Shown piece after piece: positions 1-10,463 of a stretch of DNA of 64,000 nt (position 1 is its first letter; each line of letters opens with the position of its first letter). The notes below the pieces were generated by a model that saw only the letters and a program-made list of their open reading frames with translations, did no database searches and had not been told where the DNA came from. The stretch spans positions 1,696,001 to 1,760,000 of the forward strand of contig OY970176.1 in assembly GCA_963707955.1 (NCBI GenBank), given 5' to 3'. Made by a program: the position numbers and the translations under genes. Origin of the DNA: Candidatus Bathyarchaeota archaeon. Lineage in GTDB: Archaea > Thermoproteota > Bathyarchaeia > Bathyarchaeales > Bathycorpusculaceae.

Positions 1-2
1 TT

Positions 3-350
3 CATCAATACGTGAGTGATTCGATCGAAGAGATGACTGTTGACAGGGTTATCTCGGCGGGACTTGATGGGCAACTCATGGAACCTCGTACGACTAGGCA
101 TTTCTTTCCTTTCTCAAAATATCAGATCATCAATTATCCATTGAGCCTGTTGAAGAGAGGGGCACCTTGCGACGTTTCTTCATACTTGTCCAAGGAGAGT
201 GATGAAGAATGCAGCTTAGCTATTAAACAGTGGCTGGAAGAGATATCCGAGGAATTGGATTTTCTGACAAAAAAGAAGGCAGAAGTGGAGAAGGAAAAGG
301 AAGAGTTTCTGAATAGAATCAAGAACCTAGGCAGTTTTCCAACTTTTTAG
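3..350 (+). CDS. 5'-partial protein, possibly the C-terminus of a ParB-like/SerK-like protein
   Basis: Frame is open from the window start. TVDRVISAGLDGQLMEPRTTRH resembles the PPKTTRH motif of SerK-type proteins. Coiled-coil-like tail. Confidence 0.35.
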   Translation, partial: HQYVSDSIEEMTVDRVISAGLDGQLMEPRTTRHFFPFSKYQIINYPLSLLKRGAPCDVSSYLSKESDEECSLAIKQWLEEISEELDFLTKKKAEVEKEKEEFLNRIKNLGSFPTF

Positions 351-434
351 GTTTTATGAAATTCTGATTGCAGAGAGAAAGTCGCCCACGTAAGCTATTA
401 GCCTATGAATATTATACTAGCGCGTGGCGATGAG

Positions 435-1535
435 ATGATTCAAATCAACCAGCCTCAAATAGGAAAAGAGGAAATCGCCGCTGTCACCAAGGTTCTGAAA
501 AGTGGAATGCTGACTCACGGACTCGGCGCTGGTCCAATGGTTACGGAGTTTGAGCGTTCGTATGGAGACTTCGTGAAGGCAAAGTATGCTGTAGCCCTTA
601 ACTCTGGAACGGTTGCCTTGCACTCAGCTCTTGCGGCAGCTGGTGTTAAGCCTGGCGATGAAGTTATTATGCCAAGCTTCACGTTTGTGGCAACAGCAGA
701 GGTTGCTGTCTTCAAGGGAGCTAAACCTGTTTTCGTCGACATTGACCCAGACACCTACACCATTTCTGCCAGAAATATCGAAAGGGCCGTAACTAGGAAG
801 ACCAAGGCTGTTATGCCAGTTGACCTTTACGGCATGCCTGCTGACATGAAACCGATAAGGGAAGTCGCCGATAAGCATGGACTGAAAATCATCGAGGATG
901 CTGCTCAAGCCCATGGAGCCACGTATTTGGGAAAACCAGTAGGAGTCTTCGCTGATGCTGCCTGCTGGAGTTTCTATGGAAGCAAGAACATGACCACAGG
1001 TGAGGGTGGAATGATCACTACGAACGACGCTGCGGTTGCGGAGACCACTCGGTACTTGCGAAGTCACGGAGAGAAGGAGAAGTACATGTCTCTCATGCTG
1101 GGACATAACTATCACATGCCAGAGATGGAAGCGGCCATAGGATGTGTGCAATTGAGGAAACTGCCAAGATTCGTCGCTAGAAGGCGTGAGAACGCAAGAA
1201 GATTGGGCAAGATGCTTGAAAAGACGAAATTGAAGTTGCCCGTGGAACCTAAAGGCTTCAAGCCCAGTTGGTATCTTTACACTGTGAGGCTGAAGGGCAC
1301 GAAAAGTGCAAATAGGGACAAGCTCGTTGAGAAGTTGAAGAAGGAGGGAATTGGAGCTTTCGTTTGTTATGTGAATCCCGTTCATTTAATGCCGTACTAC
1401 CGCAGGTTTGGAAAGTATAGACTGCCGGTGACGGAAACGGTTTCAAAACAGGTGTTCTCATTACCGGTTCATCCCGGTGTCACGTCGAAGCAGATAGATT
1501 TCATAGGAGAAACGGTGCAAAGGCTGTTGCGGTAG
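435..1535 (+). CDS. DegT/DnrJ/EryC1/StrS PLP-dependent aminotransferase
   Basis: Motifs NSGTVALH, PSFTFVAT, IIEDAAQAHGA and SFYGSKNMTTGEGG (PLP lysine). Confidence 0.93.
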   Translation: MIQINQPQIGKEEIAAVTKVLKSGMLTHGLGAGPMVTEFERSYGDFVKAKYAVALNSGTVALHSALAAAGVKPGDEVIMPSFTFVATAEVAVFKGAKPVFVDIDPDTYTISARNIERAVTRKTKAVMPVDLYGMPADMKPIREVADKHGLKIIEDAAQAHGATYLGKPVGVFADAACWSFYGSKNMTTGEGGMITTNDAAVAETTRYLRSHGEKEKYMSLMLGHNYHMPEMEAAIGCVQLRKLPRFVARRRENARRLGKMLEKTKLKLPVEPKGFKPSWYLYTVRLKGTKSANRDKLVEKLKKEGIGAFVCYVNPVHLMPYYRRFGKYRLPVTETVSKQVFSLPVHPGVTSKQIDFIGETVQRLLR

Positions 1536-1551
1536 TTTTGTCCACGCTAGG

Positions 1552-1559
1552 TTTAAATA
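1552..1559 (+). promoter_or_regulatory. Archaeal TATA box
   Basis: TTTAAATA about 60 bp upstream of ATG 1616, with a GAGG SD-like motif before the start. Confidence 0.5.
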
Positions 1560-1615
1560 GAATTAGCGGCTAGTATTGAACCCCCACCTGATCTGGGTTT
1601 TGAGAGGAATCGTTC

Positions 1616-2950
1616 ATGCAGAAGACGAGAGTCATTATAATGGGCGCGGCTGGTAGGGACTTCCATAACTTTAACGTCTACTTCAGAAACAACGATGCTT
1701 ATGAGGTTGTAGCTTTCACGGCAACGCAGATTCCTGGGATAGGAGGGAGAAACTATCCGCCGGAGCTTGCAGGTTCAAGGTATCCAGACGGAATCCCAAT
1801 ATATCAAGAGGAAGAACTGCCTAAGCTGATAAGAGACTACGATGTTGACCAGGTTGTTTTCGCGTACAGTGATGTTTCGCATGAATACGTTATGCATAAG
1901 GCTTCCATTGTGCTCGCGAACGGCGCAGACTTTCGGTTGATGGGCCCGAAGACGACGATGCTGAAGGCAAAAGTGCCAGTGATTGCGGTCTGCGCGGTCA
2001 GGACTGGATCAGGAAAGAGTCAAACTTCAAGGCAAGTTGGCAAGATTCTGAAGAGTAAGGGTTTGAATGTTGTAGCAATCAGGCATCCGATGCCTTATGG
2101 GGACCTGACGAAGCAAGTCTGTGAACGCTTTGCCTCCTATGAGGATCTGGACAGGTATGACTGCACGATTGAGGAGAGAGAGGAGTACGAGCCACACATC
2201 GACAACGGCATAATTGTCTATGCTGGAGTTGACTACGAAAAAATACTGCGCGAGGCAGAGGAAGAGGCAGACGTGATAGTTTGGGATGGCGGCAACAATG
2301 ACATGTCCTTCTACAAGCCAGATCTATTCATTGTTTTGGCTGACCCTCATAGAGCCGGTCATGAACTGGCTTACCATCCCGGTGAGGCAAATCTGCGGAT
2401 GGCCGACGTGATAATAATAAATAAGGTTGACACCGCTGACCCGCAGAAAGTGAAGCTGGTCAAAGAAAACATCAAGCTGGTCAATCCGAACGCAATGGTA
2501 TTGGAAGCTGCTTCGCCGATAACCGCTGATAAGCCAGAGGCTGTCAGGGGCAAACGTGTGCTGGTGATTGAGGATGGACCTACGATTACTCATGGCAACA
2601 TGCCCTATGGAGCCGGAGTGATATTTGCGCAGAAGTTCGGAGCAGGTGCAATCGTCGATCCGAGGCCCTACGCTGTAGGTTCAATTAAGGAAGCGTATGA
2701 AAAGTATAGGCATCTGGGCGCGGTGCTTCCTGCGTTGGGCTACGGCGGGAAACAGGTGGCTGAACTCAAAGAGACTATCGACCGGACTCCATGTGATGTC
2801 GTAGTGATCGGTACACCCATAGACTTGAGAAGGGTTATAGTTATCAAGCAGCCAACGGTGAGAGTCAAGTATGAGCTTAAAGTTTTAGGGCCCGTTTCGC
2901 TTGAGCACGTCTTGGACGAGTTCATTGAAAGAAGTGTGAAGAAGCAATGA
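1616..2950 (+). CDS. Cyclic 2,3-diphosphoglycerate synthetase-like P-loop NTPase (COG2403)
   Basis: N-terminal MGAAGRDFHNFN, P-loop AVRTGSGKSQTSR, RHPMPYG, WDGGNND. Confidence 0.8.
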   Translation: MQKTRVIIMGAAGRDFHNFNVYFRNNDAYEVVAFTATQIPGIGGRNYPPELAGSRYPDGIPIYQEEELPKLIRDYDVDQVVFAYSDVSHEYVMHKASIVLANGADFRLMGPKTTMLKAKVPVIAVCAVRTGSGKSQTSRQVGKILKSKGLNVVAIRHPMPYGDLTKQVCERFASYEDLDRYDCTIEEREEYEPHIDNGIIVYAGVDYEKILREAEEEADVIVWDGGNNDMSFYKPDLFIVLADPHRAGHELAYHPGEANLRMADVIIINKVDTADPQKVKLVKENIKLVNPNAMVLEAASPITADKPEAVRGKRVLVIEDGPTITHGNMPYGAGVIFAQKFGAGAIVDPRPYAVGSIKEAYEKYRHLGAVLPALGYGGKQVAELKETIDRTPCDVVVIGTPIDLRRVIVIKQPTVRVKYELKVLGPVSLEHVLDEFIERSVKKQ

Positions 2951-3342
2951 GTGAAGAGAAAGGAGAAGAGAAAGGAGAAGTCTCTCGGGTAAAAGTGAAG
3001 TTCAAGGTTGAAGGAATGGGCGAAACCGAAGGAGAGCTCGTGCGTTTCTTGGCTCCGAGAACGATAGATATGATAGTTCGGAAGCTGCCGATAGAGGGAA
3101 GAGCCGCCCTGTGGAAGGAAGAGGTGTACTTTGAAACGCCCGTCAAGATGGGCGAAGAAAAAGCTAAGGCCACTGTTGAAACTGGGACGATCGCGTTCTG
3201 GCCTATGGGAAGCGCGATATGCATCTTCCACGGAAAATCGCAGCCCTACAGCCCAGTGAACGTCATTGGAAAGGTAACGGGGGACCTTGAGCTGTTCAGG
3301 CAGGTCAAGAGTGGAACAAAAATAAGAGTTGAAAGTCTCTAG
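2947..3342 (+). CDS. Cyclophilin-like fold protein (DUF369-like)
   Basis: WKEEVYFETP, GTIAFWPMGSAICIF, SPVNVIGKV. Confidence 0.8.
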   Translation: MSEEKGEEKGEVSRVKVKFKVEGMGETEGELVRFLAPRTIDMIVRKLPIEGRAALWKEEVYFETPVKMGEEKAKATVETGTIAFWPMGSAICIFHGKSQPYSPVNVIGKVTGDLELFRQVKSGTKIRVESL

Positions 3343-3702
3343 TAGCGCGCATGCTTGTTCCATGATTCCTAAATTCTGTTCAAGAGGCAGGCATGGCGTT
3401 TTCCGATGAGGGATGGTTACCGTCACGGTTCGGCTGCGCTCTTGCTTGCTCACGCCCTCCCCCCGGGTATCCTATATGGTCCAAATATGGTTGAAGAGCA
3501 GAATGAGTAGCGCAAGCTTGCTTCCCAAAAGAATTCAGGAACACGCCAGCGCGTGAACTTTGGCCGCACTGTTTTTCCGTCTGTTCTACCCCTCAGGCAT
3601 CGGAGAGTTGAAGCCATCGTTACAAACTGGATGTCGCAAACCTTAAATATTGCTGAGAATTTATTTTCATTTGTGGTCTAGCCGAATCAATTCCAGTTCC
3701 AC

Positions 3703-4518
3703 TTGATTCGGGACAGAATGGGGGGAGGTGAAGAAACGGTCTTTAAGGAAAAGGCGATAAGCAAACGATTTTGGTTCATAGCGTTGGCAATTATCGCGGT
3801 GACATCAGTAATCGGATACGCGGTTGTAACAGATTATGTTCTGAATGTTCCATCGAGTGTTGCTGTAGTTAGAGCAGATCCAGGACTGCAGTTGATCGCT
3901 TCTGACAATTCGACCGTCGTGACATCTATAGCGTTTGGAAGTATTGTCCAAGGTGAGACAGGAATTTGGATGGGCTATCTGAATAATACTGGTAACGTCG
4001 ACCTTCATACGTTCTCGATAGTATCTCCAGACTTAGGTTCGGTTGGAACGATCGCGTGGAGCATGCCCGCGACTGGAGACTTAGGCGTGGGTCAAACGTG
4101 CCCAGTCACGATAGCACTAACAATAAATGAAACAGCCAGTGTTGGTCCCCATGGATTTACGATACAAATCACAGGCAGCCCCACGGGCCCCACAGTAACA
4201 AACATTCAAATACAAGCCAGTGATCCGAACGACTACTATTCCAGAACTTGGGATGTGGTGTTTGACCGATCGATGCCCCCCCTTAATGGATGGGGCGACC
4301 ATGCTGGTTCTGACGTTGATGAAGCTCACAGCAGTGGTGATACCATGACCTTCCAATGGAATTTAGCAGGCGGAGCACACTATCTTATATTCGCTATTAC
4401 TCAGACTGGCGGTCCGGACTATGGCGTTTATAGTGGAACCATCACAATTAATGGCAATATGTACAACTTCAGCGGCTTAGACGAAAACCACACGGTGACA
4501 ATAGACTTCACTGTGTAG
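3703..4518 (+). CDS. Membrane-anchored hypothetical protein with beta-rich extracellular domains
   Basis: N-terminal hydrophobic helix followed by T/S/G/N-rich beta-type sequence. Start codon uncertain. Confidence 0.6.
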   Translation: MIRDRMGGGEETVFKEKAISKRFWFIALAIIAVTSVIGYAVVTDYVLNVPSSVAVVRADPGLQLIASDNSTVVTSIAFGSIVQGETGIWMGYLNNTGNVDLHTFSIVSPDLGSVGTIAWSMPATGDLGVGQTCPVTIALTINETASVGPHGFTIQITGSPTGPTVTNIQIQASDPNDYYSRTWDVVFDRSMPPLNGWGDHAGSDVDEAHSSGDTMTFQWNLAGGAHYLIFAITQTGGPDYGVYSGTITINGNMYNFSGLDENHTVTIDFTV

Positions 4519-4624
4519 GCTGTAAACCAAAACCACCGTAAACGTTCTTCATTTCTAGCGTTAACAATTGCAGATGAATCAGGCACGTGCTCAGAAAGCC
4601 TCTACAAAGGATCTCGAGCGCGCG

Positions 4625-5123
4625 CTAGTAAACCAGGGAGCTTTCTTTCCACATTCTTAGAAGCTTCTGGCATTCCTCTGCTACTTCTTTTTCACGGGTC
4701 TTGCTCTTCAAAGCTTCGAGGAACTCTATTCGTTTCTCACCTGAGCGCTTTTCCGCTGCTCCTCCATAGTAGAGTTCTCCCTCAAGATACTCCTTCATGC
4801 TGTTGGCTTTCTGCACGAAAACGCTGGCCGCGTCAACCGAATTTTCAACAGCATATTCATTTGCCCACACAGACCGCTTCTGCCTGTCGGAGCTGCGTCA
4901 GACCGTCAACCTGTTTTATACTGCGTACGTACGTTCTGAAAAAATCGTAGTAGCCGGCGGTCTTGATGAGCGCCAATGCTTTTCTGACTTTCTGTCTGAA
5001 GGTTGCGCTTCCTCTGATTCCTATGCGGTGTTTGTATCCTCTGTCGATTAGCGCTCTGGCCTGTCTGACTTCTTCTTCCGTGTAGACTCGTGTGGGGAAA
5101 TCCAAGGAAATCTCGACTCTCAA
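4625..5123 (-). CDS. Hypothetical protein split by a 1-nt frameshift at about 4873
   Basis: Removing one base joins ORFs 4857-5123 and 4625-4870 as ...QAEAAVWANEY... Confidence 0.65.
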
Positions 5124-5174
5124 GTCGGTAAAAGCAGGTTCTGTAACTGAAGGGGGAGCAAGCCCTTGAACAGC

Positions 5175-5498
5175 TCAGTCTACCCGGTATATTTTAATGT
5201 TGTGATTTCCTGAAACCAGTTGGATCGCGCCGTTTCCTTTCAGTTGATCCAGCAAGTCTTTCGCTGCGCTTATGCGCACGTTGAAATGCGTCGCCACAGA
5301 ATACGGTGTCAAGACGTGCATCTTCTTCAGCTCGCCAAGGACCTTATCACTCTTCGCATCTGGCGGAATCACTGCAGCCAGTTTCTTCTCTTTTGAAGGT
5401 CCCGCCTTTTCCTTTTTCTTCTTATCTTTATCCTCAGCGTCCTTTTTATCTTGCATGCGTTCAACCTGTTTCAGGCTGAGTTTCTTTTTTCCACCCAT
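5175..5498 (-). CDS. rps25e: 30S ribosomal protein S25e
   Basis: Lys-rich N-terminus, then VLTPYSVATHFNVRISAAKDLL winged-helix motif. Confidence 0.85.
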   Translation of the reverse strand: MGGKKKLSLKQVERMQDKKDAEDKDKKKKEKAGPSKEKKLAAVIPPDAKSDKVLGELKKMHVLTPYSVATHFNVRISAAKDLLDQLKGNGAIQLVSGNHNIKIYRVD

Positions 5499-5666
5499 CT
5501 TGATCAGCTTCCAGTATTGAAATTTGTAAGGTGGTTCTTAAGCGTTTTCCGTGTCGAAAGCATGTTTCGTGGACATTGAAGATGGTTGGAGACGATTAAG
5601 ATCACGGAGTAGGCAGGCAGAAGCTTCTGATTTGACAAAAAAGAAAGAGAGAATTGGCGAAAATGG

Positions 5667-5889
5667 CTATTTGCCCATCACTTTTTTCGCTGCGATCTCG
5701 ATATCCTCAGATTTTATGGTTTTTCTCCCGGCGTGCATTGCGAAGTCCAGAGCTTCTCTTGCGATTTTCACGCCGATTTCCTCTAATGCTTTGGCGAGTT
5801 CTTTTGCTGCTGCTTCGCTTACTCTGTCCGCCCCAGATTTTCTTGCACAATCTGTGCATTGGGGCTACGGCTAATTCTAATTCGACCAC
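5667..5889 (-). CDS. Archaeal histone (HMf family) with a 1-nt frameshift at about 5838-5841
   Basis: Corrected translation [73 protein letters not shown] shows the RVS and HAGRKTIK histone-fold motifs. Confidence 0.9.
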
Positions 5890-5944
5890 AAATAGTCCTC
5901 CGTAGCCTCTTTTTCTCTTTAAAGCCGTATTTAACGTTTATCGT

Positions 5945-6865
5945 TCATAATTCTTCTCGGCTGATCGCGCTCGTTTCCTCTGTAGCCTTTTCGGAGATGG
6001 ATTTAAGATACTCTAAGCAAATGCTGTTCACTTTTTTGGGATCTAAAAGTGCTATTTCTCTCAAATCATGTGTCTTTTCCAAGTCGCGGATGAAAGCATG
6101 ACCGAGAAAATATCCTGTTTGCTTTTTTCCTTGGATGCTGAACCAAGAACCAAAAAAGTCTTTTACTGAAGCGTGGCTTTCCAGTCTTGTAAGAAACTCG
6201 CTTGCCAGCCAGCCTTTGTGCTGTTCGCACCAATGGAGCCATTCTTTGCCTGATTTCATGTGCCATGTTTCTTTTCCAAGAATCACATGCTCGCATCTCT
6301 GGGCGAATCCTTCACTGTACAGTCGGAACAACGGGTCCTCCTCGGCTTTTTCGAAGGTTTTCCATTCTTCGCGCCATTTCATATGGGTGAGATGCCCTAT
6401 TTCGTGGCACATCAGACCTTGAAGCTTGTTCTTTCTATGCCATTTCTCTTCTGCAATGTTTTCCAATCCTAAGAGGACAGAAGGCTGTTTGTCATACGTG
6501 GTTGCCCATCCTGCACCGCATCCGATACCGACGTAGACAACGAAGGTTACATTGAAGTCTACTCCCAGCCTCTTTGTGGCCTTCAAGTAAGTAGACTTAC
6601 AGATTTGGACAATGTTATCTCTTGCTTCCTGCATCAACGGGAGACGCTGTGGTACTAGTTGCAAGGTTTTCTTAGCGATCTCTCGCCAGTTGACGTTCGC
6701 ATCCTCGTAGTTTTCAACCTGTTTTCTTAACAGTTCAGGATACTTTTTCAAGTAAGAGGTCTGCCACAGAGTCACCTGTTCATCAACGTTTTCAGAACTT
6801 GAATCTGCCCAGTAAGCCAAGAAATCCGGGAACGTGTCTATCAGATTGCAGCGTCCTCTGTTCAT
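5945..6865 (-). CDS. Hypothetical zincin-like protein (DUF2268-like)
   Basis: HEIGH (HExxH) motif followed by SEGFA; GYFLG near the C-terminus. Confidence 0.6.
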   Translation of the reverse strand: MNRGRCNLIDTFPDFLAYWADSSSENVDEQVTLWQTSYLKKYPELLRKQVENYEDANVNWREIAKKTLQLVPQRLPLMQEARDNIVQICKSTYLKATKRLGVDFNVTFVVYVGIGCGAGWATTYDKQPSVLLGLENIAEEKWHRKNKLQGLMCHEIGHLTHMKWREEWKTFEKAEEDPLFRLYSEGFAQRCEHVILGKETWHMKSGKEWLHWCEQHKGWLASEFLTRLESHASVKDFFGSWFSIQGKKQTGYFLGHAFIRDLEKTHDLREIALLDPKKVNSICLEYLKSISEKATEETSAISREEL

Positions 6866-7345
6866 GTCTCATCAATATTTTCCTCTTCAAGATAAAAGCC
6901 TGATATTGCCCCTTGAGAAGCCATGAAAAGCGGCAGATAATGAGTTCTGTGCTGTGCTCAAAGCTGTGCAGTGATGAAGATACTCTGACCACGAATACCA
7001 TTTCAACCGTTTCAGCAACACGCATGCGCGCCGAAAAGTTCCTCTAACAAACTGCTCAGATCTGCCATCTGGGACCGCACACGAAGCCCAACAGATCATG
7101 TTTGACTGCAGATGGAGGGGCCTACCACTGTTGCAAGACCCAAAAATCCACGAGACAAGACCGATGTTCAGACTGATTGCACATAAACAACGCATTCAGC
7201 GCTAAACATGCAGGCTATTTCAGTTTATTCGACATTTGGAATAGGTAAAGTTAAATCAGCCTTGTCATGTTTATGAGAGGTTGCTTCAGCAAATCCTTAA
7301 TGATGGAGCACAGAACAACAGACTGATGCTTGGAGGAACAGTTGC

Positions 7346-7570
7346 GTGGGGAGTGTTCGAACCGAACAGATCAAGCGCACGGCTAAAGAACTGATCAGGC
7401 GTTTCCCTGGCAAGTTTTCCCATGATTTCGAAAGCAACAAGCACATGGTTGCGACTCTAGTGCAGGGAGGGACGCCGAAAGTGAGAAATCAGATTGCTGG
7501 GTACATAACGGCCTATTTTGCGGCTGAAGAAACTGAGTCGCCAAGCGAAGTTGTAGAAGAAGCTGAGTAG
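7346..7570 (+). CDS. rps17e: 30S ribosomal protein S17e
   Basis: MGSVRTEQIKRTAKEL, DFESNK, VRNQIAGYIT. Confidence 0.95.
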   Translation: MGSVRTEQIKRTAKELIRRFPGKFSHDFESNKHMVATLVQGGTPKVRNQIAGYITAYFAAEETESPSEVVEEAE

Positions 7571-7622
7571 CTCTGTTAGGGGCGAGTTGACCTCAAAACT
7601 CGTGCAGAGACGAAGGAAATTG

Positions 7623-8000
7623 ATGGACCAGTACAGAAAGGGTTGGGCGCTTCGATACCTGCGCGAGGCAAAAGCAGAGCTTGAAGCTGCGAGAAAAATG
7701 CCCTACATGGCTCCGAGCCTAGTTTTGGAGGCTGTTAGAAAAGCTCGAAACGCCATCTACTACAGTCTGGGGGAGCCTGCGTTCGTCGAAATCGTCGTGC
7801 GAGAGACTGCAGAAAATGTGCAGCCTCAGATGATTAGCGATCCCGTCCTGAAGTGTCTGGTTGAAATCGAAGGAATCGTGTACCAGCTGTCACAGCTTGA
7901 GGAAGTGGACGGCGAGAGAGCGATGAAGCAGGCAGACACTCTGATACAGTTAGCCTCAGACATCGTTGAAACTCTAACGGAAGAAAAAATAGAGGATTGA
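7623..8000 (+). CDS. Helical hypothetical protein, possibly HEPN-like fold
   Basis: All-alpha pattern YLREAKAELEAA...AIYYS; no RxxxxH motif seen. Confidence 0.5.
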   Translation: MDQYRKGWALRYLREAKAELEAARKMPYMAPSLVLEAVRKARNAIYYSLGEPAFVEIVVRETAENVQPQMISDPVLKCLVEIEGIVYQLSQLEEVDGERAMKQADTLIQLASDIVETLTEEKIED

Positions 8001-8006
8001 GGAAGC

Positions 8007-9179
8007 CTATTGCTTCTTCAGAGACTTCTCTATGCGGTCTAAGGCTTTCTTGATGTTTTCAATCGAGTTTGCAAAGGATATGCGCAGGTAGCCCTCGCCG
8101 AACTTGCCGAAAGACGTTCCGGGCAACACTGCCACGCCTGCGTTGTAGAGCAGGTGATCCCCGAGCTTGCGACTGTCCATCCCTGTTCCAGTTATGTTCG
8201 GAAACACGTAGAAAGCTCCGTGAGGCTTCTTGCAAGTTATTCCTTTTATGTCGTTCAGGCCCTTGACTATGACTTCTCTTCTCTTCTTGAACTCCTCGAC
8301 CATTCTTTCCGGTTCTTTCTGAGATCCGGTTAAGGCTTCAACTCCCGCAAGCTGAGTGAACGTGGCAGTGCACGAGTTTGAGTTAGTCATGAGCTGCGCG
8401 ACTTTTTCGGCCAGGTCCTTTCTCATGACGCCGTAGCCGAGTCTCCATCCCGTCATGGCATAAGTTTTTGAGAAACCGTCCAGCAGGATCGTCTTGTCCT
8501 TCATCCCTGAGAATTGGGTTATGCTTTCGTGTTTGCCCTCGTAGATTATCCTGCTGTAGATCTCGTCTGAGAGCACAAAAACATCGTCTCTGTCTTTTAT
8601 GCAGTCGGCAATGACCTTCAACTGCTCCTTCGTGACGACTCCGCCGGTTGGGTTTTCTGGAGAGTTGAGGATTATCATTTTCGTCTTCTTCGTTACGTGT
8701 TTCTTTACATATTCTGGGTCAAGGCCGAACTCGTTTTCCTCTTTGAGGGGTATGGGCACGGCTTTTGCGCCGACAAAGTTTATCATAGACTCGTAGATTG
8801 GGAAACCTGGATTCGGGTACAGTACCTCGTCGCCGGGGTTTACCAGCGCCAGGATGCTGAAGAACATTATCGGCTTGCCGCCAGGTGTGACGACCACTTC
8901 TTCTGGCTTGACTTCCAGTTTTCTGGTTTTAGAAATGTAGTCTGCAATGGCCTGTCTCAGTTCTGGGATACCTGCAGACGGTGTGTAGTGAGTGTAGCCT
9001 GCGCTGAGGGCTTTTGTCGCGGCGTCTTTGATGTTTTTCGGTGTGTCAAAGTCTGGTTCACCTATCTCCAAGTGCACGACGTCCTTTCCCTGCTTTTCAA
9101 GTGCCTTGGCCTTTGCAAGAACTTCGAACGCTGTTTCTGTTCCTAGAGTTTTCATCCTATCTGCGAAGATAGAGCTCAC
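8007..9179 (-). CDS. Class I/II PLP aminotransferase (aspartate aminotransferase-like)
   Basis: IGEPDF, NSPENPTG, SDEIY, GFSKTYAMTGWRLG. Confidence 0.95.
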   Translation of the reverse strand: MSSIFADRMKTLGTETAFEVLAKAKALEKQGKDVVHLEIGEPDFDTPKNIKDAATKALSAGYTHYTPSAGIPELRQAIADYISKTRKLEVKPEEVVVTPGGKPIMFFSILALVNPGDEVLYPNPGFPIYESMINFVGAKAVPIPLKEENEFGLDPEYVKKHVTKKTKMIILNSPENPTGGVVTKEQLKVIADCIKDRDDVFVLSDEIYSRIIYEGKHESITQFSGMKDKTILLDGFSKTYAMTGWRLGYGVMRKDLAEKVAQLMTNSNSCTATFTQLAGVEALTGSQKEPERMVEEFKKRREVIVKGLNDIKGITCKKPHGAFYVFPNITGTGMDSRKLGDHLLYNAGVAVLPGTSFGKFGEGYLRISFANSIENIKKALDRIEKSLKKQ

Positions 9180-9365
9180 TCAAATCACCTAGTTTTGAAG
9201 GGAAATAATCGTAGAAGAGGATGAGTATTTAACCATTTTACTTTCCCTGCTTCAAATTCATGATTCGACTCTGCATCGTAGCTTCGAAAAAGCGATGAAA
9301 AAATTAAAGAAAGGTGTGGAAAAGGGTTGATTCGAGGTGTTGCTGAGCTTGTTTGCATGCGATGC

Positions 9366-10367
9366 CTAGAATTGTCTTGTCAGTGGCCGAGTTTTCATTA
9401 CGTCTGGGTTGATCAGGTTCGGTGGTTTCTTTCCTTCGAAGAACGCGACTAGGTTTTCTGCGACCATTTCGGCCATTCTGGAGCGGGTTTCGAGGCTTGC
9501 GCTTGATATGTGTGGGGCTAAGACGACGTTGTCTAGCTTGAGCAACGAGCTGTCGACCGGTATGGGTTCTTGTTCGAAAACGTCCAGTGCTGCGCCGGCA
9601 ATCCAACCCTCTTTTAATGCTTTGTACAATGCCTTCTCGTCTACGACTGGCCCTCGTGAATTGTTTATCAGATAAGCTGTTTTCTTCATCAGTCTGAGCT
9701 TCTGCTCGTTTATCAGATGATGCGTCTCTTTCATCAGCGGGACATGGATGCTGACGAAGTCCGACTGTTTCAGCAGTGTGTCGAGGTCGGCTTTCTTCGC
9801 TCCAAGCTTCTCTATCTCTGGTCTTGGCACAACATCGTAAAACAGGATTTTCATGTCGAATCCTGTTGCTCGTTTGGCCACAGCGTAGCCGATTCTTCCC
9901 GCGCCCACAACGCCGATGGTCGTGCCGTACACGTCTCTGCCCGCCATCATGTTGGGGTGCCATCCGACCTTCCATTGCCCAGTGCGAACGTACTTATCTG
10001 CTTCAGCCACTCTTCTGGCGACCGCCAGTAGCAAGGCCCAAGCGAAGTCTGCAGTCGTGTCGGTCAGGACTTCCGGCGTGTTCGTCACGTAAATTCCTCT
10101 TTTCGTAGCTTCAGGGACGTCTATGTTGTCAAAGCCCACGGCTAATTGAGAAACGATCTTCAGTTTTGGTGCCGCATCAAAGACTTCAGCGTCTATCTTA
10201 TCGGACAGAAGCGTGGCAAGTGCGTCCACGGTTTTTGCCTTCTCTATTATTGTTTTCTTCGGCGGTGGAGCGTACTCAGGCCAGACTTCGGTGTCGAAGT
10301 GCTGTCTTATTATTTTCAGGCCTCTTTCACCGATATCCCGCGTAACGTAAATCTTCGGTTTTGCCAT
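9366..10367 (-). CDS. gyaR: Glyoxylate/hydroxypyruvate reductase
   Basis: AVGFDNIDV, NTPEVLT, GAGRIG, INNSRG, LDVFEQEP, APHISS. Confidence 0.9.
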   Translation of the reverse strand: MAKPKIYVTRDIGERGLKIIRQHFDTEVWPEYAPPPKKTIIEKAKTVDALATLLSDKIDAEVFDAAPKLKIVSQLAVGFDNIDVPEATKRGIYVTNTPEVLTDTTADFAWALLLAVARRVAEADKYVRTGQWKVGWHPNMMAGRDVYGTTIGVVGAGRIGYAVAKRATGFDMKILFYDVVPRPEIEKLGAKKADLDTLLKQSDFVSIHVPLMKETHHLINEQKLRLMKKTAYLINNSRGPVVDEKALYKALKEGWIAGAALDVFEQEPIPVDSSLLKLDNVVLAPHISSASLETRSRMAEMVAENLVAFFEGKKPPNLINPDVMKTRPLTRQF

Positions 10368-10463
10368 GTAATTCACCATGCAAATGTTTGCGCAATTCTT
10401 TATTAGAGTTGACTTATTACACTTACGCAATCGTCTTTGAGGAAGGTCCGAGGAACTGCAGAG

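Noticed and set aside
3343-3700. Possible ncRNA or MITE; C-rich tract at about 3455 resembles one at about 13857
   Set aside because: No tRNA, SRP or RNase P features and no terminal repeats. The similarity is too short and low-complexity.
5667-5889. Histone as a true pseudogene or programmed frameshift
   Set aside because: The protein is otherwise intact and the window has many single-base indels in conserved genes, so a sequencing error is more likely.
6866-7200. ORFs 6792-7025 and 6887-7195
   Set aside because: Atypical composition and no motifs; probably non-coding or degraded DNA.
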